64,000 bases of DNA from the human T2T-CHM13v2.0 reference genome, Homo sapiens. A program made the position numbers and the translations under genes. Each line of letters starts with the position of its first letter. Position 1 is the first letter of the stretch. Shown here in pieces: positions 1-13,719 of this stretch. The notes under the pieces were generated by a model that did no database searches, was not told where the DNA came from, and saw nothing but the letters and a program-made list of their open reading frames with translations. The DNA is taken from the NCBI RefSeq assembly GCF_009914755.1, contig NC_060947.1, one strand, 5' to 3'.

Positions 1-499
1 ATTTGAAATGGATGGGGTTCAAATGTCCTCTGAGTAGGCAGCATAGAGTGTCCTGCTTATAAATGTGGAACTTCATTAGGTTACACACCCACTATTATCT
101 CACTTTTCATTTCAAAAACTTACTCTCTTTTGTCACAATCACTCCTATAGGTCTGATTTTGGCAGGCCTATGCTATTTGCAGAGTAGATTAAACATCAGA
201 AGCAAAAAGCCAATCAAGATGCCTTAATAGTTAAAAGGAAAATGTATGATCACCTATTATACCTCCCACAATTTTCAGATAACAAAGAATGATAGTCTAC
301 AATGACAATACTTTTTCTGCACTATGCCACCTCACTTCCATGCCAAACTTAAGTCATGCATTGTGAATAACAAACATAAAATGAAGGTATATTTAAGAAT
401 TGGTTCCAACTGGGTGACATGAAAAAAAGAAGCCTCCCTTATGAAAGATTTGCCACATGAAAAACATCAAGAGAACTTCTGATTGAAAATGACATCTAG

Positions 500-1560
500 G
501 ATAGAACCACTTCTGAAATGGCAGAGTAAGGACTTCCAAATTTTCATTTTTCCATGAAAGCAATGAAAATGTCAGCAAAAACTGTCAAAAGTAATTGTTT
601 CAGAATTACAGAAATTAACAAAAGGCTTGTGGCAATCTAAGAAATGTTTATTGAAGAAAAACAACAAGAAGAGTAAGAACAGTAAAGTTTGTAGAGTTTT
701 AATTGTTTTATTCCCATTCCCCACTCCAGAGTGCCACAGAATCCTTGAAAACAGCCTCACAACAACAATAGTTGCTAAAAGTAGCGACCTAGCAGACCAT
801 GTAGAATGCAGAATTGGTATGGAACTCTTAACACACAATATCCAAAGAATAGTCATCATTTGACCTTTCTGGCAGCTTACTGAAAACACTACTTGGAAAT
901 AAAAAAAAAAAAAAAACATAGCGTTTGTCTTTACTTAATCTGATTCTGAGCTCTCTTGAGTGGAAAAGTCTTATCCCCAGGTTTTCTGTCAAAAGCAATA
1001 TCCAAAAATTAGCTGGGCATGGTGGCAAGCACCTGTACCAGGTTATTCAGGAGGCTGATGTGGGAGGATCAATTGAGCTCTGGAGGTTGAGGCTACAGTG
1101 AGCCATGATTGTGCCACTGCACTGCAGCTTGGGTGACAGAACAAGACTCTGTCTTAAAAAAAACCCATCAATTTCTTAATATTTCAGCTGCATGAAGTGA
1201 TGATAGCAGTTAGGATTAAGAAGAGATTGGTCAAAAATATAAAATGAATGCCTGTGGAATGAGATGTTCATAGGGGGCTTTGAAAAACTGCATGCTTTTC
1301 TGGGGACGTACAAGGCAATGCATAAATAGAGGGCTGTGTAAATGCCCAGAGAACGCCGGGAAAGACTCAAAGCTTTCATCTTTTACTGATCATAGGGTTC
1401 TACATAAGCAGAAAGTGAAAGCTAAGGAAAAATTGTCAACTGCCTGCCTGAGAGATTAAGACATGCCTAAGTACAGACATAGAGACCTTGAAAAAATCTG
1501 GGAGAAATATCGATTTGGGGATTTAAGTAAACTTCTGTTTAATCATGATCTGTCTACTTC
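500..1560 (+). mobile_element. Old L1M-type 5' region fragment (approximate)
   Basis: Start acttctgaaatggcagagtaaggac resembles old L1M 5' ends; highly diverged; interrupted by an Alu monomer. Confidence 0.3.
1004..1163 (+). mobile_element. Alu monomer (FRAM / AluJ right arm)
   Basis: aaaaattagctgggcatggtggc...ggaggatcaattgagc...cagtgagccatgattgtgccactgcact...actctgtctt followed by an A tail. Confidence 0.85.
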
Positions 1561-2919
1561 ATCTGCTTAGATTATTCAGGGAATCAGACTGTGAAGGCAG
1601 AGGGAAGAAAACAGTTCAGTATGGAAGATTTGTACTCAATGAAAGATGCTGACATGAAGAATCTGTGTGCATGAATCATATTTTGACAGATGGCATTTCA
1701 TTTTTAAGTCACTAGAGCAGTTGTATATTGGTATGGAATGTAGTACTTTTCAGTTACCTGGATGCTATGGGTCAGGAGAAATAATAATGTAAATACATCT
1801 CCAGAAGAATATCTACCCAATGGCCAACACCAAGGGAGCACTAACTGCCACTTTCAGTGGCCTCACGTTCTACTAAGAGCTCCGTTTCCCACAAGCATCG
1901 CTATGAACATCAAGGCAATACCACCAAATGAGGACCAGTAGGCTGGTTAGTCTTATGTCTTGCCCAGTTTGCTGCAAATGAATACCTTTTTTTGAATCTC
2001 TATTCTATACAAATTTACCTAACCCTATCTCAGCTGTTTTCATCGATATGGCTAAAGAAGAGGATTCCATGACTTCATCAGCATGCAAAACCCAAGCTCT
2101 GTTTCTCTTAAATTAATGTTTTCTACTTAGAGAATATAAATTGTGATGGATACACAATAAAGAGTCTGGTGTGTTCAGTTTTCCAAAACAAAGGGATTTC
2201 TTTTTCAGTATTCACTCGTTTTTCCATGAAGAAAAAGAAACTTATTAGAAACTTTTAGAAGAAAGATGTCCACTTTAAAACTTGAGAAGATGAAGAAAGG
2301 AAATTTCATCTATATGCATTTTATTAAACTACTATACTCACAACATTCTCACCATTTCTGTCTCTCTCTCTCACACACACACCCACACACACAACTAACT
2401 TACTTTCAAGGACTAGGTTATGGAAAGTCCTCTCCTAAATCTTGTGCACCTCCATTTAAATCAGGAAGTTCCAGCAAAGTCTCCTATACTTTCATATCCC
2501 TTTTTCCTTAGCCACAGTTGATGGGTTATGCACAGATCACCAAAGGGGGGCAAATCTTAGTACTCTGACTCCACAGTTGCATATCATTGATCCCAAGATA
2601 GGCACATGATTGACGCCTAGACAAATAAAATCCAACCTTGATTTTTTTTTTTTTTTTTTTTCAAAAAGGAGCAGAGGAAAGAGACATAGTCCCCTTCTGG
2701 GTATGACACATGAATATGAAGCATGAGACCTACTGGTGGATATGTTTTCTACAGTGTGGAGAAAATCAGGTTGAGTAGATGAATTACAGAGAAAGAATCC
2801 ACATGATATTAAAGTTCATTGTTCCAATTGTCCTTGAAAACATTTGCCCCATTGCCATTTTCATGATTACACGAGCCTCAGAGTAAATCCTGCTGCTTAC
2901 CTCAGCTAGAAAAGAAAGC

Positions 2920-3610
2920 TGGTGGTTGTATGTAGTGGACAGGAGGTAGTAGAAAAATATTTAAGAGTAGATGTTGTAAGGACTGAGTAATTGGATGTAA
3001 ATGTTCAGAAAGACGAAGTCATGAATGTTGCCCAGATTTCTGGCTAGGACTATTGGGTAAATAAGTAGTTTCATTCACTGAGCCATGAAATACAGATAGA
3101 GAAGCTGTTTGGTGCAGATGATGAGTTAAGTTTTGGGTATGGTTATTTTCAGGTGCCCATTCAACATTCAGATATATATATTAAGTAGAGAGTTTTGGAT
3201 CTCAGAGTAAAGAACTGTGTTAGGGACTCATAATATTATGGAGTCTTCTGTTTATAATTGAACTCAGGGAGTATATTAGATTGTCTAAGGCAAAGTGAGA
3301 CAGAAAGAGGAACGAGGAGCCAACTTTTAAGGGCCAGCTATAAGATAATGAGACTGCAAAGGAGAATAAGAAAAAAGTAGCTAGAGGACCAGGAGGAGAA
3401 CCAGGAATGTGTGGCTGTTCAGAAGCCAAGGGAGTGTTCATGAGCGAGTAGTCAATTCTGTAAAATGTCATAGAGCTATGTAGTGTAATGAAAACAAAAA
3501 CTATTAACTGGAGAAATATAAAGGTTTTTGGTAATCATAAAGTAAGCCATTTTGTGGAAACATTAATGGTGGAGCTGTAGGAACAAACTGGAGTGGTTTA
3601 ACAAGTAAAT
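2920..3610 (-). mobile_element. L2 fragment
   Basis: Purine-rich antisense L2 motifs (cccagatttctggct, gatgatgagttaagttttgg, agaagccaagggag). Confidence 0.55.
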
Positions 3611-3639
3611 AGATTGGTGTAGGCAATTATTATTTAAAG

Positions 3640-4980
3640 ATGACCCTAAAGGCACAGGCAACAAAAGCAAAAACAGACAAATGAGATTGCATAAAAATTG
3701 AAAGATTATACACAGCAAAGGAAATAATCAGCAGAGTAAAGAGACAACTTATAGAATGGGAGAAAATACTCGCAAAGCATATAGCTCATAAAGGGTTACT
3801 ATTCAAAATACATAAGGAACTGAAACACCTCAATAACAAGGAAACAGCCAAGTTAAAAAATGAACAAAGTATCTGAATAGGCATTTTTCTAAAGAAGACA
3901 TACAAATGGCTGATGGGTATATTTAAACATAAAAAACTACATCACTAATCATCAGGGAAATGCAAATCAAAACCACAATGGGATATCACATCATACCTGT
4001 TAGAACAGCTATTATCACAAAAATCAAAAGATAATAAGTATTACTGAAAATGTAGATAAAAGAGAACCCTTACGCACTTTTGATGTGAAAGTAAATTGAT
4101 ACGAACATTATATAGACAACAGTACTGAGGTTGCTCAAAAATTAAAACTAGAACTACCATATGACCTAGCAATCCCATCTCTGGGTATATATCCAAAGGA
4201 AGTAAATTAGTATGTCAAAGCGATATCTTCATTTCTTTTCATAGCAACATTATTCACATTAGCCAAGATATAGAAAAAACCTGTGTCTGTTGACAGAGAA
4301 ATTGATAAAGAAAATGTGAACTGTCTCTATCACTCTCTATCTCTGTCTATCTCTATCTCTATCTTTAATCTCTCTATCTCTATCTCCATCTCTATATCCA
4401 GATGGCCCTCCATACTCACAGGTTTCGCATCTGCCGCTTTGACCAGTCACAGATCAAAATCTGCCCACAGGGAAACCTAACTGTATGTATTTTTCATCGA
4501 AGGTTAGTTGAATCTGTGGGTGCAAAATCTGAGGATATGAAGAGCCGATATTGCTGTGCTATTTTATATAAGGCCCTTGAACATTCACAGATTTTGTTAT
4601 CTTCAGGGATCCTGGAACCAATCATCTGAGAAAACAGAGGGCCAACTGTATGTAAAATGAAGTATTATTCAGCCTCAAACAAAGAAGAAAATCCTGCTGT
4701 TTGGAACAACATACATGAACCTGAAGGACATTATGCTAAGTTACATAAACCAAACACAGAAAATCAAATACTACTTTATAACATACTTGAAATTTGCTAA
4801 GAAAGTAGATTTTAAGTTTCTCACCACACACACAAAAGGTAACTGTATTAGGTGATGGATATGTTAATTAATTTGACTGTGGCAATTATTTCACAATGTA
4901 TATATATATACATGTAAAAGAACATCACATTTTACACCTTAAATAGATACAATTTTCCTTTAAAAATTAAAATTAAAATA
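3640..4980 (+). mobile_element. L1MA8/9-like 3' portion (ORF2 end + 3'UTR)
   Basis: aaaggcacaggcaacaaaagcaaaa, atgcaaatcaaaaccacaatg, gaactaccatatgacctagcaatccc, 3'UTR ggtgatggatatgttaattaatttgactgtgg. Confidence 0.85.
4399..4648. mobile_element. MER2/MER2B (Tigger-type DNA transposon) nested in L1
   Basis: Terminal inverted repeats cagatggccctc...gagggccaactg followed by ta; internal ggttagttgaatctgtgggtgc and ggatcctggaaccaatc match MER2. Confidence 0.75.
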
Positions 4981-5159
4981 ATAATGAAGTGGATAGATCA
5001 TGAGGTAATGAAGAGAGCAAGTAGAGGTGACTCACTTGAGACATTTGCTTCTGAAAGTAAGAAAAAACATAAAGAATTAGTTGAAGAGGGAAACCTGCAG
5101 TGAAATTGTTTACCTCTATTTTTAATAACTTTCTTTTTTACCTAATTATTAGTATTGGT

Positions 5160-5590
5160 ATGAGGCTGACACCAGATCCTGAAGTCTCTTGAACGCCATC
5201 TTTGAGTTTGGGATTTTTTTTTTTCTTTTAAGCAATATGGTACCATTGGAACTGGCATAAACAGATCTAGATTTTAGTGCTAGTAACAGAGATTCTAAGG
5301 GTGAGATTAACAAACAGAGATAAACAAGGTGACTATTATAACAGTACAGCTAGGAGATAAATGTCTAAAGGCAGTAGCAGTGGACTTTCAAATATTAAAA
5401 CGTTGCAATTAACAGAGTACAGCTACAAGGATAAGGAAAATCCTAAGGATGACACAGATATATTAATCCTGAGTAAATGGATAGATGATGGTGTCACATA
5501 AGGCACTGAGGAATACAAGAGGGACAAGCTTGTGGGTACAGTGATGGTTTAATTTGGATACATTTTACATGTGAAATGCCACAATAGAAA
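5160..5590 (-). mobile_element. L2 fragment
   Basis: Antisense L2 motifs (ggcagtagcagtgga, ggatagatgatggtgtca, tttaatttggatacatttt). Confidence 0.45.
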
Positions 5591-5597
5591 TGTGTAA

Positions 5598-6011
<414 letters not shown>

Positions 6012-6449
6012 TTAGGTAAAGTGAAAAATAACTGCACTTAAGGTGTTTCATTGCACAGAGGCTTGGTGTAAACTCTCAAAAAGAAAGTTTTAATTTTAAA
6101 GCTATATGTGTGTTTTTATTTTCCTAGACTGAATATATGTATATATATATAAAATATATGATACATAAAATATGTATTATGTATATAAAATGTGTGTGCA
6201 TGTGTGTGTATGTGTGTGTGTAGAATATATATAATCATAAAAGATACAGATTCACTAATTTAAAAGGATTCCCATCTCTAGGAAACCGTGTGTACCAAGA
6301 GTTCTACAAAATAGAATAATAAATAATTCAATAAAATCCCAGGGGATACTTCAGGGGAAAAATAACTTTTTTTGTGTGGGTGTGCCTGAAGAAATCGGCA
6401 CATTTAGGTTGACAACTTTAAATGATATATTTTTGTTTTCACAGAAAAA

Positions 6450-6632
6450 TAAACAACGCTTTCCCGTGGTTTATTATTAATATGGTTGCTCATATAGGTT
6501 TGAAAATTACTCATCAAGATACATAATCATGTTGAATACGCAGTACCCTACGTTTATCCCGATAGTTTGGGGTTGGTTGCCCTTTGTGGAGCACTGGAAT
6601 GTGCAAGCCTTTGAAATCAATTTCATCTTGTT
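6450..6632 (-). other. Candidate terminal exon of a minus-strand transcript
   Basis: Minus strand: acceptor ctccttcttcctaacAG, AATAAA (plus TTTATT 6470-6475), downstream GU/U-rich gttgtttatttttctgtg; non-repeat DNA. Confidence 0.25.
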
Positions 6633-7094
6633 CTGTTAGGAAGAAGGAGCTTGTTAAAACTTTACATGAAATATTGGGAAAATACTATATCAAATTTGTC
6701 TATTGAGTCAGAGTGAAATATTAGTGTGCGTATGCATTGTATTTGAACTGCCACCTTACATCAAGGGATTCTAACTTGGAAACTTCATTCTTTGTATGCT
6801 TTCTCCCCAGTTTTGACATCCGGTCCAGACACAACTTAATATATACCTATTTTTCTCAGTGATATGGTAGGCATGAAACTTTCCTCCGCTTACAAATATT
6901 TTTTAAGTTTCTTAGTTATTTTGAAATAAGGATATTTGTTAAATATATTAGATTGTCAAAAGATTCTGCTATAGTTGTAGTGCATTAACTCCAGGCAATA
7001 ACTTATATGGTATGAGAAGGACAGTAGCATTTATTAGGGTAGAATATGACTGGAAACATACTTCTACTGATGTCAACCAAACTGTCTCCATGTG

Positions 7095-7600
7095 CGTGAT
7101 GTTTAATATTGAGTGTCAACTTGATTGGATTAAAGGATGCAAAGTATTGTTCCTGGGTGTGCCTGTTGGGGTGTTGCCAAAGGAGATTAACATTTGAGTC
7201 AGTGGACTGGGAGAGGTGGGCACCATTTAATCAGTGGCCAGCACGGCTAGGATAAAAGCAGGCAGACGAACGTGGAAAGACCAGACTGGCTAAGTCTTCC
7301 GGCCTCCATCTTTCTCTCATGTTGGGTGCTTCCTGCCCTCCAACATCAGACTCCAAGTTCTTCAGCTTTTGGACTCTTGAACTTACACCAGTGGTTTGCC
7401 AGGGGTTCTCAGGCCCTCAGTCACAGACTTACTTTTGAGGTTTGGGAACTCGGAGTGGCTTCCTTGCTCCTCAGCTTGCAGATGGCCTATTGTGGGACTT
7501 CACCTTGTCACTGTGTGAGTCAATACTCCTTAATAAACTCCCCTTCATATACACATCTATCCTATTAGTTCTGTCCCTCTAGGAATCCCTGACTAATACA
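7095..7600 (+). mobile_element. MLT2A (MLT2A1/2) ERVL solo LTR
   Basis: gtgatgtttaatattgagtgtcaacttgattggattaaaggatgcaaagtattg...ttctgtccctctaggaatccctgactaataca; near-TSD atgtg/ttgtg. Confidence 0.9.
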
Positions 7601-8542
7601 TTGTGTGACCTTGAGAAAGTTACTGAAGCTCTCTAAGACATAAGCTGTCTCTATACAATGACAACCTGGAGTTATTTGGGAACATCCAGACAATGATCCA
7701 CATTCAGAAACTCTTGCATTACCTTCCTATCCTGGGGTTAAGTTCCCCTGCTCCATCTTCCCAGATCAGTTTGAGGAAGTCTATCACTGTCTTTACTATA
7801 AAATTTTGAAAGATTCTGTGCATAGGCCTGTATCATGAGGTTTTTTGCCATGTCTATTCATCTGTCCCTCATCTCTGCATGGAAAAGTACTTGGAATTAT
7901 AGTAAGTGCTCAGTAAACCTTTATTACACTTAACTGAATATTTTCCTGTTTTCTAATTAATTATCTAATCTTGTGAAGTATTATCCACTGTTATTTACAG
8001 CTTTACCAGCAAAGAAGACATACTGTTATGTATCCATTTTAAACATCAACTGCTCTAAAAGGTCAGAAAAGTTCTCAAGCTATCAGAATATTGTTGCTGA
8101 ATTACAAAATGCCAATTCAATTTTCAATAAAAAGACCCTATTATTGTCCTGTTCATTCATTCTGGCTGATTATATAGGGTAAGTCATACCATGCATAATG
8201 AATTTGGTTTTTGATGCAAAAGATATAAGTGATAGGAAGAGAAGCTACAGGCCCTTCAGCCTCAAGACAATCAGAAATCCAATCCCAATTTTAGAGTTGA
8301 TGAGTTACAAATTGAAATATACTTGCATATACAAATAAGTATAGACAGAATATCGCTTTGACCTAATATCCTTAGGTCAAAGAGAAAGCAGGAAATCTTC
8401 AAAAATAAGCACATTCCCTAGAGCAGTTTGACATGGGTAAACATAGACTATTGGTGCAGCATGTTGAAATAGGAAAAATAATCAATTATTCAAATTAATT
8501 TTGTCAATAATTCAGCAAGAATATATTCTGGATATGGCAAAA

Positions 8543-8627
8543 TGCTTGGTGAGCTATACAATACTATATAGAGTGCTTGGTGAGCTATACAATACTATAT
8601 AGAGTGCTTGGTGAGCTATACAATACT
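8543..8627. repeat. 31-bp tandem repeat, about 2.7 identical copies
   Basis: tgcttggtgagctatacaatactatatagag units start at 8543, 8574 and 8605. Confidence 0.95.
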
Positions 8628-8962
8628 GTAACAAATTTAGTACCTAACCTCACAAAGCTCATCACCTAGGAAGACAAAGACATGAATTCACATCACTATA
8701 ATATCAAACAGGCTATAATGGGTGCTAGAGCAGAGGTTCAAAATACTATAGAAACAGACACAGATAGAGGGGGAAACTCATTTTGACCAAGGATTGAGAA
8801 AGAATTGGCAAAGAAAGAAACATTTAACCTTGATATTATCTTGAAGAACAAGTAGTTTTTTGACAAGAAGACATGAGGAGAATGGTAAAAGCATAGCTCA
8901 GAAGTGGGAAGAAGGACTTTGGAAAATTGCAAGCAGTCAACTTATGTGGAGCTGAAACACAG

Positions 8963-9345
8963 TGTATTAGTCTGTTGTCACAGTGCTATAAAGAACTGCC
9001 TGAGACTGGGTAATTTATGAAGACAAGAGGTTTAACTGAGTCACAGTTTCACAGGCCCTACAGGAAGCATGGCTGGGAGGTGTCAGGAAATTTACAATCA
9101 TGGTGGAATGGCAAAGGGGAAGCCACCACATCTTCACATGGTGGCAGGAGAGAGATGAAGGAAGGGAGAAGTGCTACATGCTTTTAAACAACCAGATCTC
9201 TTGAGAACTCACTCAGTATCACGCGAACAGCAAGGGGGAAATTTGCCCCCATAATCCAATCATCTCCCACCAAGTCCCTCACCTAATATTGGGGATTACA
9301 ATTCAACATGAGATTTGAGTGTGGACACAGAGCCAAACTGTATCA
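8963..9345 (-). mobile_element. MSTA-like MaLR solo LTR
   Basis: tgtattagtctg...gagactgggtaatttat...gacacagagccaaactgtatca; perfect 5-bp TSD cacag (8958-8962, 9346-9350). Confidence 0.9.
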
Positions 9346-9958
9346 CACAGTGTACTGAATATACTTGTTGCTTATTGTTTATTGTTTTGGTTTGCCATAA
9401 TCTCTTGCCTCTTTCTTCTAGTAATGACATCCTCAGTATCTCTGGAGTTGATATTCCACTTTCCTTTCATGTAGTTCACTTGGAAGTGAACTGACTCCAG
9501 TGGTAGGACATAAAACCTAGGCCTGGCCAATGAATTCACAGAACCCCCTTAGTCACAGGGACTGATTTAGAAGTGGACGTAAGACCTCAGCTTGTCCAAT
9601 CAGAGTGAATGTGTGGACTTGTACAGAATGTACTGGGAATTTATATACTCTCTTTCCCACTGCCCTTACAGGTGGGAAGTCATAAGCCTGTAGATTCTTC
9701 GGGTAACTATGTGGAGCCTAAGAATGAAGACAACACAGGTGAGGACATAGCTAAGAATGGAAATGAATCAAGACAGGATAACATTGGGATCAAGAACTCC
9801 TAGGGATCAAGTCTCTTCCAGGGACTTTTACATATAAGCTAAAAAATTCTCTTTATTTAAAGTAGGTGTTCTGTCACTTGTATCTAAGGGGTCTTGCCCA
9901 ATGGAGAATAAGATGATGAATGAGAGAAAAAAGTATGGAAAATTATGGCATAACTTAC

Positions 9959-10060
9959 GTCAGAAACGTGTTACATGGGTCTCATTTTTATCGCAGTCCC
10001 CAAACATACAGGCTGCTTTACAGAAGATTCAAATACTGCTGATAGGCAAGTAATCAAGGT
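9959..10060 (-). other. Candidate non-coding internal exon (102 nt)
   Basis: Minus strand: acceptor tttccataactttcAG and donor GTAAGT; stops in all three frames. Confidence 0.2.
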
Positions 10061-10887
10061 CTGAAAGTTATGGAAATATCTTCAGCAGTTTCTTGCCCTT
10101 CTAGTGGGGTTCCTCATTTTTCCCATCTTTTTAGAAGCCAAATAACAAGCAGCCATTCTCCCGGATCCAAAGTACCCCACTAATTCACTTCAAAAAATAC
10201 AGCACAACTGGTACCACAATCATCCAGAATCTGTACCAGGATATAATTTGCAAGAACAGTTTTGAATATAATTTTCTATATTAGGAAATTGTATCATTTT
10301 ATAGTCATGCACAGAACTTTGTGACCTTGCTAAAAATATGCTGCCCCTAGTTATGTTAAAAATATAAAAGGTCTTAAAAAGAAAAGTGAGGTTCATGGAA
10401 ATGATGAAAAGTTCCTTCTAGCAGAGAATTGCAAGAGCCTTTATAATGTTAATAGCAATAATCCTCACTTATTTTATAATATTTCATTGATTATCTTTTA
10501 AAACATTAACTGAATGCCTGCTGTGCTAGATATTTAGAAGATATAAGTGAATCTGTTGTTTCAGCCCTCAAGGAACTCAGAATTATGGTAGGAATAGATA
10601 AGACTATTTTTCTTTCCTTTCTTCATTCATTCAAAATGTATTTTATATATCAGGCACTGATAGGTACTGTAGGTTGAGCAAGAGAAAATGACAAAGGCAG
10701 AAATCTGGCCCGAATTGGGTTGGCTATGCATTGATAAAATGCTGGGTAAAGAGCAGAATAAAGTGATATATTCACTGGTATGTAATAGCCAAGGCAGAGG
10801 CAAATCAAATGATGTTAGATCTAGAAGAATAGACTCCACACTGTTTGGGGTTGTTGCTCTCTTGGCCAGTGACTCTGACAAGGAGAT

Positions 10888-11225
10888 TTTTTAAATTAAA
10901 CTTTCTATTTTGGAATAATAGATTCACAAGAAGGAGTAAAGATAGGACAGACAGGTCTTCTGTACTCTTCACTAAATTTGTCCAACTAGTTACATTTTAT
11001 GTAACTGTAATAAACCATGTAATTGATATTGATACAATGTGTGAGTACAGTTCTATGTTAGTTGATCACATATGTAGATAGGTATAACTACCTCCTCAGT
11101 TAAGATATAAACTATTTCATCACTGTAAAGGTCTCCCTCAAGCCACCTCTTTATAGTCACAACCACGACCCCCTGTCCCCACCATCTCTAACCACTGCCA
11201 ACAACTAATATGTTTTCCATCTCCG
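10888..11225 (-). mobile_element. Old L1 (L1MC-like) 3' fragment
   Basis: ttctattttggaataatagattcacaagaag...aattgatattgatacaat...aactaatatgttttccatctc. Confidence 0.55.
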
Positions 11226-12149
11226 TGGTTTCTGACAAGTTTCTAACTCTATGTATGGGAGTGATGCCCTTTGAGTCCAGTGGTGAATCCATGTATCATT
11301 GTCCTCAATTTCTGACTCTGAAGGAATGTAGCAGAGCCTGTGCTTTTAGTGTGTAGTTACAACAAAACTTAACAATAGAAACAAAAGAGAGGAGGACGCC
11401 AGTGGATTCTGAATTTTTCATGTTGGTAGTGTTGTTTAAATATTTGAATTTTTGATAATCATTCAAAATAGTTTAATATTATGAGTAAGGCATGTTGATT
11501 TTTTAAAATAATTGTGGAATAATTATCTCTGTATTATTCATTAATCAGAGTCTATGAAGAAGTTACTCAATTCTCAGAATTGCAAGAGATAGTTTTCGTA
11601 TTGTGAATCATCACTTTGGGGAACCCCATTAATGTAACAATGTAAGTTTGTTTTTTAACCAATATTCTTCATGGTCGATTATCTTGGTCACACATGTATA
11701 TTCCTTATGGGGTTTTTAGTAAGACAGAAGAAAATTCTGGCAACTCCTCAAAACGAAATGTTTCAATCTTCAGGATACAGTTCTCCTAGGGAAAACCATT
11801 GTCTTAGACATCTGCTGAGTAACTAATTTAATCATTTGTGTACATGGATATTTGGTCTATATAGGGGAAATATTTCTGTGCCAGAAAAAGCACATGTTAA
11901 ACATAAAATAAATCATTATGAACTGGATTAATAGATGTATAGAGAAAGGGATTGAGAATCTGCCATTGGTAATATTTGGAGACAGGTGCGGGGTATTCAA
12001 ACCCTAATTTCTCATGAATGAGGAATGAACATCTGCTCAGAATAGCAATGGCGGGAAATATGCACATATATATATATATGTATCCATATATATATATATA
12101 CACACATGGCCATCTATGTGCTAGTTAACATTTCACTACTCTTCATTGA

Positions 12150-12345
12150 GCAGTATTCTACAACAAACTCTCCATTCTGGTGGTGCATTGTGACCACCAT
12201 TGGAGCGTATTTAAAATACTGCTTTCTGTTTCATACCTCAAGAGTGATGCATCAGAAAATCCAAGAATTGTGTTCTAGAATATACACTGTTGGAAAACTC
12301 TTCCACTGATTCCAATATGTAGCCAAGTTCAGAAACCAGTGTTCT
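12150..12345. mobile_element. MER5-family hAT fragment
   Basis: ctgattccaatatgtagccaagttcagaaaccagtg resembles the MER5 terminus. Confidence 0.45.
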
Positions 12346-13719
12346 ACATGCTATGTAATAGAAAATATCCAAAATTAAATTTACCAGTGCTCTCCTTGCT
12401 TCTCAGTGAATGAGCCATTTAACTTATTCCACCTATTAATTTTCTCCCTATTAATTTAAAACCCATTAATTTAAATCCTATTAATTTTCTCCCTCTCTCT
12501 AGTCTTGTACTCTTCCATTCTATCATTCACAATTTTATGATGCAGCTACACATTACATCCCAACATCCATCCATAGATGGGTGGGCCTCAGAGGAACCTA
12601 GTCTGGAGGACAACAGATAGCATCTGTTCTAATCCTGATGATAGAAAATATTATTTTGGGGACCCTAGAAGGAAGAAGAAGCAAATGTGATGAGGCAGAT
12701 GGCAGAGAAAAACATAGTGTGTTGCGGGAGAAAAGGCAGGAATGATGAAGAAATGTGCCAAACTGGGTATTTGATTTTATGTCTACTTTTCCCATGAAAT
12801 ATTTCCTTGCAATGTGTGATAATATTTGGGTTATATATAAGTCTGACCTTGTCATCCCCTTACTTAAAATGCCTTGTAACTCCATCCTCTATACTGACTT
12901 AGCTCCTTTGCATGGTATTTTATGTGCTGTCTGACTTGGCTCCTCCCTACATCCCCTTTTACCTATTCACTTGCTTTTATGCTTTATGTTTTAGTAATGT
13001 TGTGTTTCTCTTGTGATTTGATCAATATGTTGTCTTTCCATGCTCTCTGCCTTGGCAAATCTTGTTTCTTCTTCTTGAACAATTCCTATTATTCCTTCAA
13101 GTATTCAGCTCAGATGCTATCTCCTCTCAGAAATTGTCCCCAAACACCCTAATCCTTAGACATATTTAACCACTTCCTCTTCTCTGTTTCTTCTGTAAAT
13201 CGTAGATCTGTCTAGCATTAAAATTGATTATTAAATTTTAGTTATTTATGTGCTTATATTCCTACTATATGGTGAGATCCTTGAAGATATGGCCCCCTTG
13301 ATATTTCTCATATCATAAAATATTTTTTAAAAATATTACATTTAAATACAATTACTGACAAATATTTTATGTGACTATTTCCTGGTTTATGGGATTTTAG
13401 GATGGGTAATATATTCTTTTTTATAAATAATATCATGAAGCACAACTTTATATATAAATTTTGTACTGTATCAATGTATATTTCTTCTTGGAAAATTTCT
13501 AGAATTTGAATTGATATATCAATAATTGTGCCTCATAGGCCTTTTAATTCTTATTGTCAAATAGTTTTAAAGAAAAATTGTAAATTTTAAAGCTTCTCCA
13601 GCTGTATGTTATGTCTCTTCACATTCACTGATATTCATACGCCCTCTTCTCTTTTATGTTAATACATCGATCCTTGGTAAAATCATGTTGTACTCTACCA
13701 TTAAATATAATTTGTAGCT

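Noticed and set aside
6514-6632. Open frame QDEIDFKGLHIPVLHKGQPTPNYRDKRRVLRIQHDYVS* as a coding last exon
   Set aside because: No protein recognised, and the nearest candidate upstream exon is closed in all frames; kept only as a possible non-coding exon
8543-8627. 31-bp direct repeats as a CRISPR-like array
   Set aside because: Head-to-tail with no spacers, eukaryotic context, no cas genes
11549-11790. Splice-like signals on both strands
   Set aside because: All frames close quickly and donor/acceptor pairing is unconvincing
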